A stretch of 64,000 nucleotides of DNA. Origin: a virus. Positions 1-9,536 of this stretch are shown one piece after another. The stretch lies in IMG/VR virus record IMGVR_UViG_3300036398_001591, positions 1 to 64,000 of that record, one strand, 5' to 3'. How positions within the stretch are numbered: the stretch's first letter is position 1; every line of letters starts with the position of its first letter. Below the pieces are notes generated by a model, which worked only from the letters and a program-made list of their open reading frames with translations, did not search any database and had not been told where the DNA came from. Both the position numbers and the translations under genes were made by a program.

Positions 1-986
1 TAAGTGTAGGAGTTGATGTTTGCACCTGCCTTAATCCTTGATGAACAACAAATATTAAGATAATCAATGAAGATAATATCAGGTACAAAAGATTTTTTAA
101 GGTTAAGTTCATTTAACAACGTTCTAAAATGTACAGCAGATGCAGATGCTGTTGGATATTCTTTAATAATTAATTTACCTGTAGTCATCTCTTTGACACG
201 CTTGACCTTTTTATCATACAGGTCTTTAGGAAGTTGCATCAAATCATCAATAGACACATTCAATAAATTTGCATCTATACGTTCTGCAATTTTTTCCTCA
301 GCCATTTCCATGGTGATGTATAGTACATTTTTACCTTGTGACATAGCACCAGCGGCGACATGACACATAAAAAGGGACTTACCGACACCAGTGCCAGCCA
401 AGGCAATATTAAGGGTTTTCTTAGGTAAACCACCCTTCGTGATTTTGTTGAAGTAGTCAAGGTCGAACGGAATTCTTTCTTCTGTTCTGTGGTAGAATTC
501 ATAACGACCATCGGAATCTTCTAAATAATCGTGACCAACCGAGTTATCGAAACTTACTGCAAGTGCATCGGATAGAATTTTAGGAATTGCACCTTTGTCA
601 TTGGTCTTATCTTTGCCATCAAGAATAGAAATAGAATTTAAGACTGCATTATAAATGGCTTTTTCCTGGCAGAACTTTTCAGTTTTGTCGATGAGCCAAT
701 TGTTATCAGTTTTTTGTTCCGTCTTTGAAGATTGTTCAATTTCTTGTAGATAAGTTTCGCACTTCTCCACTTCTTCATTTGTGAGATTACGCCTCTCTTT
801 GATGGCCAATGTAATCGCTTCAACTGATGGTGTACTATTGTAAGCATTTGTAAATGATAAGATTTCATCATAAATTACCTTTTCACTTCTATCTGTGAAA
901 TATTCATCTTTGAGGAAGGGTAAAGCCTTCCTCAAATAGTCTTCATTTTGTATCAGATTCCTCAGAATAGTCTGTTCCAACTTCAT
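1..986 (-). CDS. 41: DnaB-like replicative helicase (T4 gp41), runs off left edge
   Basis: Not in the ORF track. Read manually from ATG at 986: MKLEQTILRNLIQNEDYLRKALPFLK..., Walker A LAGTGVGKSLFMC, then ITMEMAEEKIAERIDA and IIDYLNIC. Follows uvsX as in T4. Confidence 0.95.
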   Translation of the reverse strand, partial: MKLEQTILRNLIQNEDYLRKALPFLKDEYFTDRSEKVIYDEILSFTNAYNSTPSVEAITLAIKERRNLTNEEVEKCETYLQEIEQSSKTEQKTDNNWLIDKTEKFCQEKAIYNAVLNSISILDGKDKTNDKGAIPKILSDALAVSFDNSVGHDYLEDSDGRYEFYHRTEERIPFDLDYFNKITKGGLPKKTLNIALAGTGVGKSLFMCHVAAGAMSQGKNVLYITMEMAEEKIAERIDANLLNVSIDDLMQLPKDLYDKKVKRVKEMTTGKLIIKEYPTASASAVHFRTLLNELNLKKSFVPDIIFIDYLNICCSSRIKAGANINSYT

Positions 987-1275
987 CAATAATTCCTTTA
1001 TCTATATTCTGTGACATGATACTAACCAGAACATCACCAATGTGATTCTTGAAATTCATGTCCTTTTCGAGTTCTTCCTTTTGCATCGGAGACTCTAATA
1101 CATTATACACGAATTGCAGATAGATGGCACCATCTTTCTCCTCCTCAAACTTCACTTTACCATATTGATAAACGGTATCAATGTATTTTCCAGAGAGTAG
1201 TTTGACACCAACTGTAGTTTCTTCCGATTCAGGAATCACATAGTTAAAATCAACACCTTCTTTATACTGGTTCAT
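943..1275 (-). CDS. Hypothetical protein at the gp40 position (possible head assembly chaperone)
   Basis: 110 aa acidic ORF between uvsX and gp41; assignment by synteny only. Confidence 0.5.
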   Translation of the reverse strand: MNQYKEGVDFNYVIPESEETTVGVKLLSGKYIDTVYQYGKVKFEEEKDGAIYLQFVYNVLESPMQKEELEKDMNFKNHIGDVLVSIMSQNIDKGIIDEVGTDYSEESDTK

Positions 1276-2317
1276 CTTCTACCTCAATTTCCTTTTGAAT
1301 GATTTCTCCCGCCGCAACACGGTATTTGTCTTCGATGAATTTCCTAAATGTTGCATCTTTCAAAATTGACATCCAGAAGTCTTTAGTGTCTGTATCTTTA
1401 ATACGATACTTCTTTTCTTCTACTTCGCCGGTGGCCACATCCACTTTGCTATACCACCCATTTGAGGGTTTGATGACATGTCCGGATTCCAGCGCAATAT
1501 CAAGTAAGCCTGACCAACGGCTAATGCCACCGTCAAAAGATACAGAAACAGGGATTTTAGATTTTTCTTTAACATATCTACTCTTTTCTACGTTAATAAT
1601 AAAATTGTAACCAACGATTTCAGTTCCTTCTTTTTCTTGCTGGCGACCAATGATGAAAATATTGTCAGCAGAATAATAAGAACCCGTACCACCACCAACA
1701 ATATCTTTCGGGAACATACCAATTTCTTTGTATGTGTGATTCACCACAACCATCGGAATATCTTTGAGTGACAAGTGTGGAGTTACCATACGGAACAAAG
1801 ACTTAACTTGTTTAGCACGTGACATATCTGCAACGGATTTACCTTCAAGTGCATCATCAACTTCTTTCTTTGAAGCCAAGTTACCGATTGAATCGATAAC
1901 GATAATCAATCTTTCACCACGTTCAAGATTGGTGAGTTGTTGCATGATATCAAACTTTAATTGTTCAATGTCAGTGAGTGGTGTATGAAGAACACGATTA
2001 GTGTCGATACCAAAGCTATCAAAATAACTCTGCGGAGTACCAAATTCAGAATCGTAAAAAAGAAGTGCGGCATCAGGGTATTTGTCCAAGTAAGATTTGG
2101 CCATCAAAAGTGAGAATGCTGTCTTAAAATGTTTTGATGGACCCGCCCACATTGTAAGACCTGGTGTTAAGCCACCATCCAATTTACCAGACAACGCAAC
2201 GTTGATAATTGGTACAGAGGTTGGAATCATATCCTTATCCAAAAAGAATTTGGATTTTGCCAAAATGGCTGAATCTTTAATAGAACTGTTCTTTTTAATT
2301 TTGTCCAAAATGCTCAT
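1262..2317 (-). CDS. uvsX: RecA-like recombinase UvsX
   Basis: AGPSKHFKT P-loop, YDSEFG, IDSIGNLASKKE; likely start MSILDKIKK at 2317. Confidence 0.96.
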   Translation of the reverse strand: MSILDKIKKNSSIKDSAILAKSKFFLDKDMIPTSVPIINVALSGKLDGGLTPGLTMWAGPSKHFKTAFSLLMAKSYLDKYPDAALLFYDSEFGTPQSYFDSFGIDTNRVLHTPLTDIEQLKFDIMQQLTNLERGERLIIVIDSIGNLASKKEVDDALEGKSVADMSRAKQVKSLFRMVTPHLSLKDIPMVVVNHTYKEIGMFPKDIVGGGTGSYYSADNIFIIGRQQEKEGTEIVGYNFIINVEKSRYVKEKSKIPVSVSFDGGISRWSGLLDIALESGHVIKPSNGWYSKVDVATGEVEEKKYRIKDTDTKDFWMSILKDATFRKFIEDKYRVAAGEIIQKEIEVEDEPV

Positions 2318-2327
2318 AATTTTTCCT

Positions 2328-4850
2328 TTAATCGAATAGTGAGTTTGTTCGTTCCGTTGTCCAGTCCATACAATCAAGAATGACTTTAATTGGCTCTAGA
2401 AATGTTTTGTCGAATTGCATGTTGTAATCAATGCAATCTTGAAGACCAAATTCAGGAGGTAATCTTCCTGGAAATGATACTACATTTTCTTTGAATATGT
2501 TTGGTGTTTTTAGATAAGTAAATTTAATCTTTTCACCCTCTTGAATCAACGGATACTTCTTTGATAGACCTTTTTCTTCAAGGTACTTATTATATAGCAG
2601 AGCACCTCTTACGTGGATTGGTGTACCTTTCGAATATATGGTAGTCTTGTTTCCATATTCTTTCAGACCATTGATGCCACGTGGAAATGAAATATCTTCC
2701 ACATTTAACTTCTTGAATTCGGTTCGGAATGTATCAATGAATTTGTGCATGTCAGATTCCGTACCCTTCATCATAATCTGAAGTGCTTCTTTCATCTTCT
2801 CACGCACAGGCGCAGGCGTGGAAGACTTAATCATTTCCAGACCCATGACCTTCATGTCAGGTTCGGTATATTGAACACCTTCATTGTTATACACGTGCAT
2901 GATATAACGTTTCTTGGCAGTCCAGATACCTTTGTCAGCCAATGCTTCACGTTTCATTTGCATCTTTTGGTCATATGCGTGTACATAGTCTGCCAATTCA
3001 CCATATGATTTGTCGATGAATGGTTGAATCTTTTCTTCACAGATTTTATCCATAAAAGAAATGACTTTATTCTTATCAGAAGTGTCTTTAATAAACTTGT
3101 CAACCAATTCACTGAGACGGAGATAAATCGAATCTGTATCAGACGCAATCACATAGTCTTTATTGGTCTTCAACAAAGAGTTCATGTAACCATTGATCTT
3201 CCCTTCAATCCAACGAATAGAAAACTGGCCAGCAGTAGTGACACCCAAAGCCATCCGAAGGTCGTAAAATCTAAAATACTGAGAACCCAAAGCGCCATAA
3301 GCAGAATTGAGAGAGACTTTCTTAGCGAGTTGTAGGTTGTTGTATCTGGCGATACGCTTTTCAATTTCATACTTTTTGGAATCATCTTTTTCGGCCTCAT
3401 AATCTTTCTTGGCTTGAATCATCATCTTCTTAAACTTCTTACGATCCTCATACATTTCTTCCATCATCTTTGGCAAGAAGCCTTGTATATCGGTGCGGAA
3501 GAATTGACCGTTTGGAGTGATTGTTACATTTTCGAGAGTAGATAAATCAACTTCTTTTTTCAGAAGTTTATCAACAGTGACACCCTGTGAAAGAACATCA
3601 CGCATTTCTTGTGTGTAATTTCCGGGTTCAATCAGAGTCTCGGGTGAAATATTATACTGCATCATCAAGTGTGGATACAATGAGTTCAAGTCGAACGATG
3701 CAACCCAATTGTGAAGACCAACTTGTGGATCTTTTACGAAAGCACCTTCAAACGCTTCACTCTTTTCTTTGATAACACGTGGAGGAACCACAATGTTTTG
3801 ATTCATCAAGTGATTATATGTCAGAGCATCCCACATTCGTGTCTGTGCAAACACATCGTCATAGTTGGTTTTTGTGTCATAAGCCAGAGTCAGTGCAAGT
3901 TCTAATAACTTGAGTTTATCTTCAAGTTTCAGAATCAAATCAACGTCTTTGATGTTGTATTCAATAAAGAGTTGGTAGTTCAAACGATAAAGCTGGTGCA
4001 GGTTCTCATATTCTTCATATGAGATTTTACCTTCACCGAGTTCAAATTGTGCGATTGCGTCAAGGCGATAAGATTCTTGTGATTTGCCATTTGGTGAATA
4101 CCATTTATACAGTTCAAGATAATCGAGGTCGCCGACACCAACAAGTTCATAAACCGTCATTTTACGGTTCATAACAAATGCTTGGCGTTCAGAGATGATG
4201 TTCCACGGAGACAACTTCTTAGCCTCATCTTCACCGAGAACCTTACGCATACGATTTACAAGATATGGTACGTCAAAGAACTTGGTGTTCCAGCCAGTGA
4301 GTGCATCAGGACATTTCTCTTGCCAAAGTTTAAGGAAGAACTTGAGTAAGTGATATTCGTCTTTGCACTTCATGTAACGTTCTGTACCCTTGACCTCATA
4401 ATCACCACAGCCGAAAACGAACATATGCCCACCGATAAAACGGAGGGCAATAGCAGTAACAGGTTCATTGGCAAGATAAGGATCAGGGAAGCCGTTCTCT
4501 GAACCGACCTCAATATCGATAATTGCAATAGAAACTTTATCAAAGTCCCAATCAATCATTTCTTTGTGCTGTTCGCCGATGAATGCATATTCAAAACGAT
4601 TCTGACCATAAATTGTTTTACCGGATACACCTTCGAACTGACGTAGATAGTCACGTGCTTCACGCATCGTTCCGAATTTATGTGGTTGGAGATACACACC
4701 ATCTAGTGATGTGTAATTTGTAACCTTGCTTGACTTTTCGTATAGTGTTGGCTGGTATGGAATCTTTAGTTTCGTTCTTTTACCGTCAGTGACACCACGG
4801 TAAAGAATGTTGCTACCAACAGATTGTACGTTTGTGTAAAAAAGAGCCAT
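2328..4850 (-). CDS. 43: Family B DNA polymerase (gp43)
   Basis: Exonuclease DIEV, SFDLNSLYP, KVSLNSAYG, ASDTDS motifs; uninterrupted. Confidence 0.98.
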   Translation of the reverse strand: MALFYTNVQSVGSNILYRGVTDGKRTKLKIPYQPTLYEKSSKVTNYTSLDGVYLQPHKFGTMREARDYLRQFEGVSGKTIYGQNRFEYAFIGEQHKEMIDWDFDKVSIAIIDIEVGSENGFPDPYLANEPVTAIALRFIGGHMFVFGCGDYEVKGTERYMKCKDEYHLLKFFLKLWQEKCPDALTGWNTKFFDVPYLVNRMRKVLGEDEAKKLSPWNIISERQAFVMNRKMTVYELVGVGDLDYLELYKWYSPNGKSQESYRLDAIAQFELGEGKISYEEYENLHQLYRLNYQLFIEYNIKDVDLILKLEDKLKLLELALTLAYDTKTNYDDVFAQTRMWDALTYNHLMNQNIVVPPRVIKEKSEAFEGAFVKDPQVGLHNWVASFDLNSLYPHLMMQYNISPETLIEPGNYTQEMRDVLSQGVTVDKLLKKEVDLSTLENVTITPNGQFFRTDIQGFLPKMMEEMYEDRKKFKKMMIQAKKDYEAEKDDSKKYEIEKRIARYNNLQLAKKVSLNSAYGALGSQYFRFYDLRMALGVTTAGQFSIRWIEGKINGYMNSLLKTNKDYVIASDTDSIYLRLSELVDKFIKDTSDKNKVISFMDKICEEKIQPFIDKSYGELADYVHAYDQKMQMKREALADKGIWTAKKRYIMHVYNNEGVQYTEPDMKVMGLEMIKSSTPAPVREKMKEALQIMMKGTESDMHKFIDTFRTEFKKLNVEDISFPRGINGLKEYGNKTTIYSKGTPIHVRGALLYNKYLEEKGLSKKYPLIQEGEKIKFTYLKTPNIFKENVVSFPGRLPPEFGLQDCIDYNMQFDKTFLEPIKVILDCMDWTTERTNSLFD

Positions 4851-5164
4851 TAACCGGTGATGATTTGAGTTGGAGGGGTAATGATACCGGAGCCAAACAT
4901 CTGATTGTAGTTGTCAGAAATGTCCGATGCTGGTGTGTAATTGTATACAACATGTAGTGGTTCCACAAGAATAATTTCACCTTGTTTTTGTTGAGAGAAA
5001 GCTGGGAAAGGAACAAAACCCATCTGAGGTGAAGCTCCGGCAACTTTTGGTGGAACCATACGCAACTGTACTGGATTTTTAAGTTGCAATTGACCTTGCT
5101 GATTTACAGAAACATCAGCGATGACTTCTTCACCCGTTACCAATTTAATACCTTGAATATTCAT
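4850..5164 (-). CDS. Conserved T4-like phage hypothetical protein (KLVTGEEVIA family, possible Sm-like fold)
   Basis: N-terminal KLxxGEExIA motif, also seen in 37473..37865. Confidence 0.6.
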   Translation of the reverse strand: MNIQGIKLVTGEEVIADVSVNQQGQLQLKNPVQLRMVPPKVAGASPQMGFVPFPAFSQQKQGEIILVEPLHVVYNYTPASDISDNYNQMFGSGIITPPTQIITG

Positions 5165-5166
5165 AA

Positions 5167-5736
5167 TTATACCTCTGCGTTGAAAAAGAATGTTTGGAAC
5201 AATCGTCCATTATACACTGAATCACCAAACCCTGGCAACATACTTCTGTGGTAATATTCACCTCGATACATTACCAATCTATTGAAGATGTTGGACACCT
5301 GAACGATTGGTTCCCATCTATCCAAATCTGTTATTTCTTCTGTATTGTTGTTGTAATCAGTTGATGGTATCCCTGGATTGTACATCGAAATTTTAGACTC
5401 TTTATTTCGGTAGATTGCTGTTCCAGAATCTAATGGTGCATCCGGTGTCAGATAAAGTACCGCCGCCCAATTCGTAGGATCATGGTGTATCCACGTGCTA
5501 TCTTTGGCGGTTGTGTACTGGAATGCTGTATTGTATTGTTCTGGCCACCAAGTAATTTTTTTTCTTAGTATGTCCTCAAACAGCTTTTTGGCGTTGGTGT
5601 TGTGTTCTCCACGCATTATATCTGTCCTTACTCCTGGATAATTACCGGAAATGGTATAGGGTAAAGACAAGGCATAGTCTCTAACTTGTTCTGGGTTACC
5701 ATAAAAGTTATCGAAAATCATCAATGAAGGCGTCAT
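5167..5736 (-). CDS. 2OG-Fe(II) oxygenase-like protein (DUF6445-like)
   Basis: DNFY, YPGVR, WIHHD, WAAVLYL, FNRLVMY, HRS, RLFQTFF. Confidence 0.8.
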   Translation of the reverse strand: MTPSLMIFDNFYGNPEQVRDYALSLPYTISGNYPGVRTDIMRGEHNTNAKKLFEDILRKKITWWPEQYNTAFQYTTAKDSTWIHHDPTNWAAVLYLTPDAPLDSGTAIYRNKESKISMYNPGIPSTDYNNNTEEITDLDRWEPIVQVSNIFNRLVMYRGEYYHRSMLPGFGDSVYNGRLFQTFFFNAEV

Positions 5737-5773
5737 TCTAAACCTTAAATAGTTATATAGTTGTTCGGATAGC

Positions 5774-5779
5774 TAAATA
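5774..5779 (+). promoter_or_regulatory. Putative gp55-type late promoter (TAAATA) for the plus-strand island
   Basis: GCTAAATAC about 20 nt upstream of the 5800 start; the same hexamer precedes structural genes. Confidence 0.45.
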
Positions 5780-5799
5780 CCAAATAAAAGGGGTACATT

Positions 5800-6078
5800 A
5801 TGGACTTTTTTAAGTTGGTGGCCGATGTTGGTTTTCCAATAGCGGCAGCCATAGCGGCTGGTTATTTTGTTTTTCTTACACTGAAATTCATTTTAGCAGG
5901 TGTCACAGGTTCTGTCAAGTCACTTAGTGGTATAATTACTGCTCTTGATAACCGGGTTAAAACAATGAACCATGATGTTATCAGAATCGACACACTAATG
6001 TCAAACGCACTAGGTGTCAAACCAGATGTTGACCGTATTGCCAGAGCAGACGGTAAAAATGATGCAAGGAGAGACTAA
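5800..6078 (+). CDS. Small single-TM membrane protein (GFPI motif, YvrJ/holin-like)
   Basis: VGFPIAAAIAAGYFVFLTL TM segment plus coiled coil; paralog of 6351..6659. Confidence 0.7.
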   Translation: MDFFKLVADVGFPIAAAIAAGYFVFLTLKFILAGVTGSVKSLSGIITALDNRVKTMNHDVIRIDTLMSNALGVKPDVDRIARADGKNDARRD

Positions 6079-6281
6079 TGTTATTTGTAGATTACGTATT
6101 TGATTTGATGCCTGATGGATCGATTCTTATGGATAAAGAACTTTCAGCCAAAAGTCTCCAAGTTAAAACTGGTGACCGTTTTGACGTTCATGTAAGTTTT
6201 GATGGAAGAATAATTTTTAGGAAAGTTCCAGATGTTAACAGAGAATCAAAAACAGATAATAGAAAATCTGAGACTGTCTGA
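6078..6281 (+). CDS. Small protein, possible AbrB/MazE-like fold
   Basis: LQVKTGDRFDVHVSFDGRIIFRKV pattern; coupled to upstream gene (TAATG). Confidence 0.5.
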   Translation: MLFVDYVFDLMPDGSILMDKELSAKSLQVKTGDRFDVHVSFDGRIIFRKVPDVNRESKTDNRKSETV

Positions 6282-6350
6282 ATTAGAAAAGGTTGAAAGG
6301 ATGAAATCTTTCACCTATAGAATAAAATTTTATTGGTATAAATTTAAAAA

Positions 6351-6659
6351 ATGGATAACCTTTCGGAGCTAATTAGCAAATATGGATTTCCTATTATCTC
6401 TGCCGCTGGTATGGGGTATTTCATATTCTATGTTTGGACATGGGTAACCAAAGAAATTAAACCTGTGTTAGGTGAGGCAAGTTCGGTTTTAATTGCTTTG
6501 ATTGACCGTGTTAGAATGTTAGACAATGATTTGATTAGACTAAACCAAAAAATTAATATTGTTCTAATGATGAGAGAGGTCAATAAAAAAGATGAAGAAA
6601 TTAATAAAAATGTCACTGATGGCAGTTATCGCCATGATGACGACAACAAGCAAAGCTGA
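6351..6659 (+). CDS. Small single-TM membrane protein (GFPI motif), paralog of 5800..6078
   Basis: YGFPIISAAGMGYFIFYVW...LIDRVRMLDNDLIRL aligns with ...LDNRVKTMNHDVIRI. Confidence 0.7.
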   Translation: MDNLSELISKYGFPIISAAGMGYFIFYVWTWVTKEIKPVLGEASSVLIALIDRVRMLDNDLIRLNQKINIVLMMREVNKKDEEINKNVTDGSYRHDDDNKQS

Positions 6660-7041
6660 ATTGGCATTTTCATTCAAATCGCCGGCATTTTCAGGTATTG
6701 GATATTCGTCACACGTGCAGACTATAGAAAATACGGAACGTGTACGAAAAGATGCAATAGAATCTGCAAAACTCCAAGCAATTAAAGATGCGGCAACTGC
6801 GGCAAACAATACGAACTTGGTGAAGTTTTTAAACAACTTTGAATCACGTGTGTATGCACAATTATCTTCACAGTTGGTGAACAATCTTTTTGGTGAAAAT
6901 CCAAAAGAATCTGGAACTGTTGTTATTTCAGGTAACACAATTAAGTATTCGAAAACAGGTGATGAAATTAATTTAACTGTGACAGGTCAAGATGGTACAG
7001 TCACACAAGTTATCATCCCAGTAGCACAGTTTAAATTCTAA
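6592..7041 (+). CDS. csgF: Curli assembly protein CsgF
   Basis: Signal peptide, ELAFSFKSPAFSG (cf. CsgF FQFRNPNFGG), FLNNFESRVYAQLS, C-terminal INLTVTGQDGTVTQVII; adjacent to csgG. Confidence 0.85.
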   Translation: MKKLIKMSLMAVIAMMTTTSKAELAFSFKSPAFSGIGYSSHVQTIENTERVRKDAIESAKLQAIKDAATAANNTNLVKFLNNFESRVYAQLSSQLVNNLFGENPKESGTVVISGNTIKYSKTGDEINLTVTGQDGTVTQVIIPVAQFKF

Positions 7042-7841
7042 TGCAACGCTTAATATACACTATTCTATTGTCGGCTTTTTTAACAGGCTGCGCCGCTGTT
7101 CCTGTAATGTTTCCAGATCAAGCACTGGAAGCTGAAAAAGTTGCGCCTACAAAATTTAAAATACCTTTTCCTGAACCAGAAAGTGGACAACCAATCGTTG
7201 TTGCCGTTTATCAGTTTATGGATAAAACGGGTCAAAGAAAAGATTCTGCAACTATTGCAAAATTATCATCTGCTGTTACACAGGGTGCAGAATCATTATT
7301 ATTAAAAGCACTAGCAGATGTTGGAGATGGACAGTGGTTTAGAATTGTTGAAAGAGTTGGATTGGACAATCTTTTGAAAGAGCGGCAATTAATACGTTCA
7401 GCAAGAGATGAAATGAAAGACTCTACTAATCTTAGGCCTATACTTTTTGCAGGAATGATTATTGAAGGTGCTATAGTTTCTTATGATACTAATAAGCGTA
7501 CAGGTGGTTTTGGATGGAGGTACTTAGGCATTGGACCGAGTACACAATATCAAGAAGATATGGTTACCGTTTCTCTACGGGCAGTGAACGTACAAACTGG
7601 TGAAGTAATACTTACGGTGAATACACAAAAAACTATTCTGAGTGTTGCAACATCAATCTCTACATTTAAGTTTTTCGATTCAGGAACAAAAGCATTTGAA
7701 AATGAGATTGGAAGCACATCAACTGAGCCAGGAATTTATGCAGTGAAAGCGGCTATCGATTTGGCAGTTGAGGAATTAGTATATCAGGGTGAGCGAAAAG
7801 GATTGTGGAAATTTAAACAATTAAAAACAGAAGAGGAATAA
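7041..7841 (+). CDS. csgG: Curli secretion pore lipoprotein CsgG
   Basis: Lipobox LTGC, VAVYQFMDKTGQRK, SSAVTQGA, WFRIVERVGLDNLLKERQLIR, LRAVNVQTGEV. Confidence 0.93.
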   Translation: MQRLIYTILLSAFLTGCAAVPVMFPDQALEAEKVAPTKFKIPFPEPESGQPIVVAVYQFMDKTGQRKDSATIAKLSSAVTQGAESLLLKALADVGDGQWFRIVERVGLDNLLKERQLIRSARDEMKDSTNLRPILFAGMIIEGAIVSYDTNKRTGGFGWRYLGIGPSTQYQEDMVTVSLRAVNVQTGEVILTVNTQKTILSVATSISTFKFFDSGTKAFENEIGSTSTEPGIYAVKAAIDLAVEELVYQGERKGLWKFKQLKTEEE

Positions 7842-7843
7842 AA

Positions 7844-8551
7844 ATGAAAAAGACGATACTCTCTAGTATCATGTCTTTGTTATTCGTTGCCAGCGCATTT
7901 GCGACAAATAGTGGTGGCAACTCAGTGTATATTGACCAAACTAACTCAGATAATACATCAATTAGTATAACACAAACTGGTTCTGGAAACCAAGTTGGTG
8001 ACAGAACCAATCTAATCACACCAGCATTTGTTATCGATGGTAACTCAATGCAATTAACAATTAACCAAGATGGTATGAACAACTCCATTATTGGTAATTT
8101 TATTGGTGGTGATTCTACAGCGGCCATCACACAGACGGGTTCCGGTAACATATTTAAATTGAATCAGGGTAACTTTGGTACCAACGGTGGTACCATGAAT
8201 GTGAACAAGACCGGTGACAACAACACCGTTGAATTCAATATGGGTACTTCACATATAACCAACAACTATCAATATACTTTAGCGATTGCTGGTAATTTGA
8301 ACAATGTGTTGTCTAATATGAACAGTAAATATATCGAAAACAATATTAGTGTTCTTGGTAACTCAAATAATGTAACAACGAATCAGATTGGTGCTCACGG
8401 GTCCCCGTCTTTTGCTGGACATAAAATTACAGCAAATATTATTGGTGATAGTAATGCCGTCTCCATTACACAAAATGGAACCACAACACCAAACATAATT
8501 ACGCTGAATGTTACAGGTTCTAGCACTACTACTACTATTGTTCAGCATTAA
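7844..8551 (+). CDS. Curlin-like (CsgA/CsgB-type) secreted repeat protein
   Basis: Sec signal peptide; N/Q/G/S/T-rich repeats ISITQTGSGN, LTINQDGMNN, AAITQTGSGN, VSITQNG; follows csgG. Confidence 0.75.
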   Translation: MKKTILSSIMSLLFVASAFATNSGGNSVYIDQTNSDNTSISITQTGSGNQVGDRTNLITPAFVIDGNSMQLTINQDGMNNSIIGNFIGGDSTAAITQTGSGNIFKLNQGNFGTNGGTMNVNKTGDNNTVEFNMGTSHITNNYQYTLAIAGNLNNVLSNMNSKYIENNISVLGNSNNVTTNQIGAHGSPSFAGHKITANIIGDSNAVSITQNGTTTPNIITLNVTGSSTTTTIVQH

Positions 8552-9536
8552 TTGCTATGGTGGTATCGGTAAGGTAACTGAAGAAAAAGGTAATGCTGAG
8601 ATAGTTAGACAGAAATCAAAGTTAGGAGCCAAGATAAATTCTGGCATTGAATCGAATGATATTGTTCAAACTGTCAATGGTGTTGTTGGCATAACCTTTG
8701 AAGATGACACAAAGGTTCGGGTAACAGAACATTCAAAATTGGTTATTGACGATTTTGTTTATGACCCCAAATCTAAAGGTGCCGGAAAATTAGCAATGAA
8801 AGTTGCTCTCGGCACTGTTCGTTATGCCTCCGGTAGTATAGCAAAAGATAACGTTAAGAACGTAGCAATCAATACTCCGACCGCAACAATTGCGGTTCGT
8901 GGAACGGCATTCACTATGACGGTGGATGAAATTGGACAATCATTGATTGTATTATTACCAAACGTTGATGGTTCAGTTGGTGAAATTGAAGTTCGTACAT
9001 CAATGGGTTCAGTTGTATTAAATCAGGCATTTCAGGCCACGGTAACAACAGGTGCTGAAATCAAACCATTGAAACCGACACTACTCAATTTAAGTGAATC
9101 TGCAATCGATAATATGTTGATTGTTAAACCACCAAAAGAAATACTTAAACAGATGATTGAGGAAAACTCAAAAACATTTGATGCTCTTGCATTTAACGAA
9201 CTTGATAGAAATGCACTTGACATTAAAGTGTTTGTTGATGCATTAAAATATGATGAACTAAACATCAATGAACTAGATACAAATTATCTCACAAATGCAT
9301 TAGACACTCTTACAATGAATGCCTTTCAGGTGGGTTATAATGCATTAACACAATTATATGTCTTTGACCGAAATAGTTATTGGCAACTCAATCGTCATAT
9401 ACGTCAAGATTTTACCATGCTGATAAATAAAGATCAGGGCTATGATATCACTCTAATCCAAGACGGTACTACATTGTTTATTAAAAATATGGATAATACA
9501 ACAAACAAAACAATTATCAAACAAGGTTTAAAATGA
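8508..9536 (+). CDS. Exported FecR-domain protein
   Basis: Signal peptide; ITFEDDTKVRVTEHSKLVID and INTPTATIAVRGTAF FecR signatures. Confidence 0.88.
   Translation: MLQVLALLLLLFSINCYGGIGKVTEEKGNAEIVRQKSKLGAKINSGIESNDIVQTVNGVVGITFEDDTKVRVTEHSKLVIDDFVYDPKSKGAGKLAMKVALGTVRYASGSIAKDNVKNVAINTPTATIAVRGTAFTMTVDEIGQSLIVLLPNVDGSVGEIEVRTSMGSVVLNQAFQATVTTGAEIKPLKPTLLNLSESAIDNMLIVKPPKEILKQMIEENSKTFDALAFNELDRNALDIKVFVDALKYDELNINELDTNYLTNALDTLTMNAFQVGYNALTQLYVFDRNSYWQLNRHIRQDFTMLINKDQGYDITLIQDGTTLFIKNMDNTTNKTIIKQGLK

Noticed and set aside
67-871. ORFs 67..363, 275..511 and 638..871
   Set aside because: Antisense or alternate frames of the gp41 helicase
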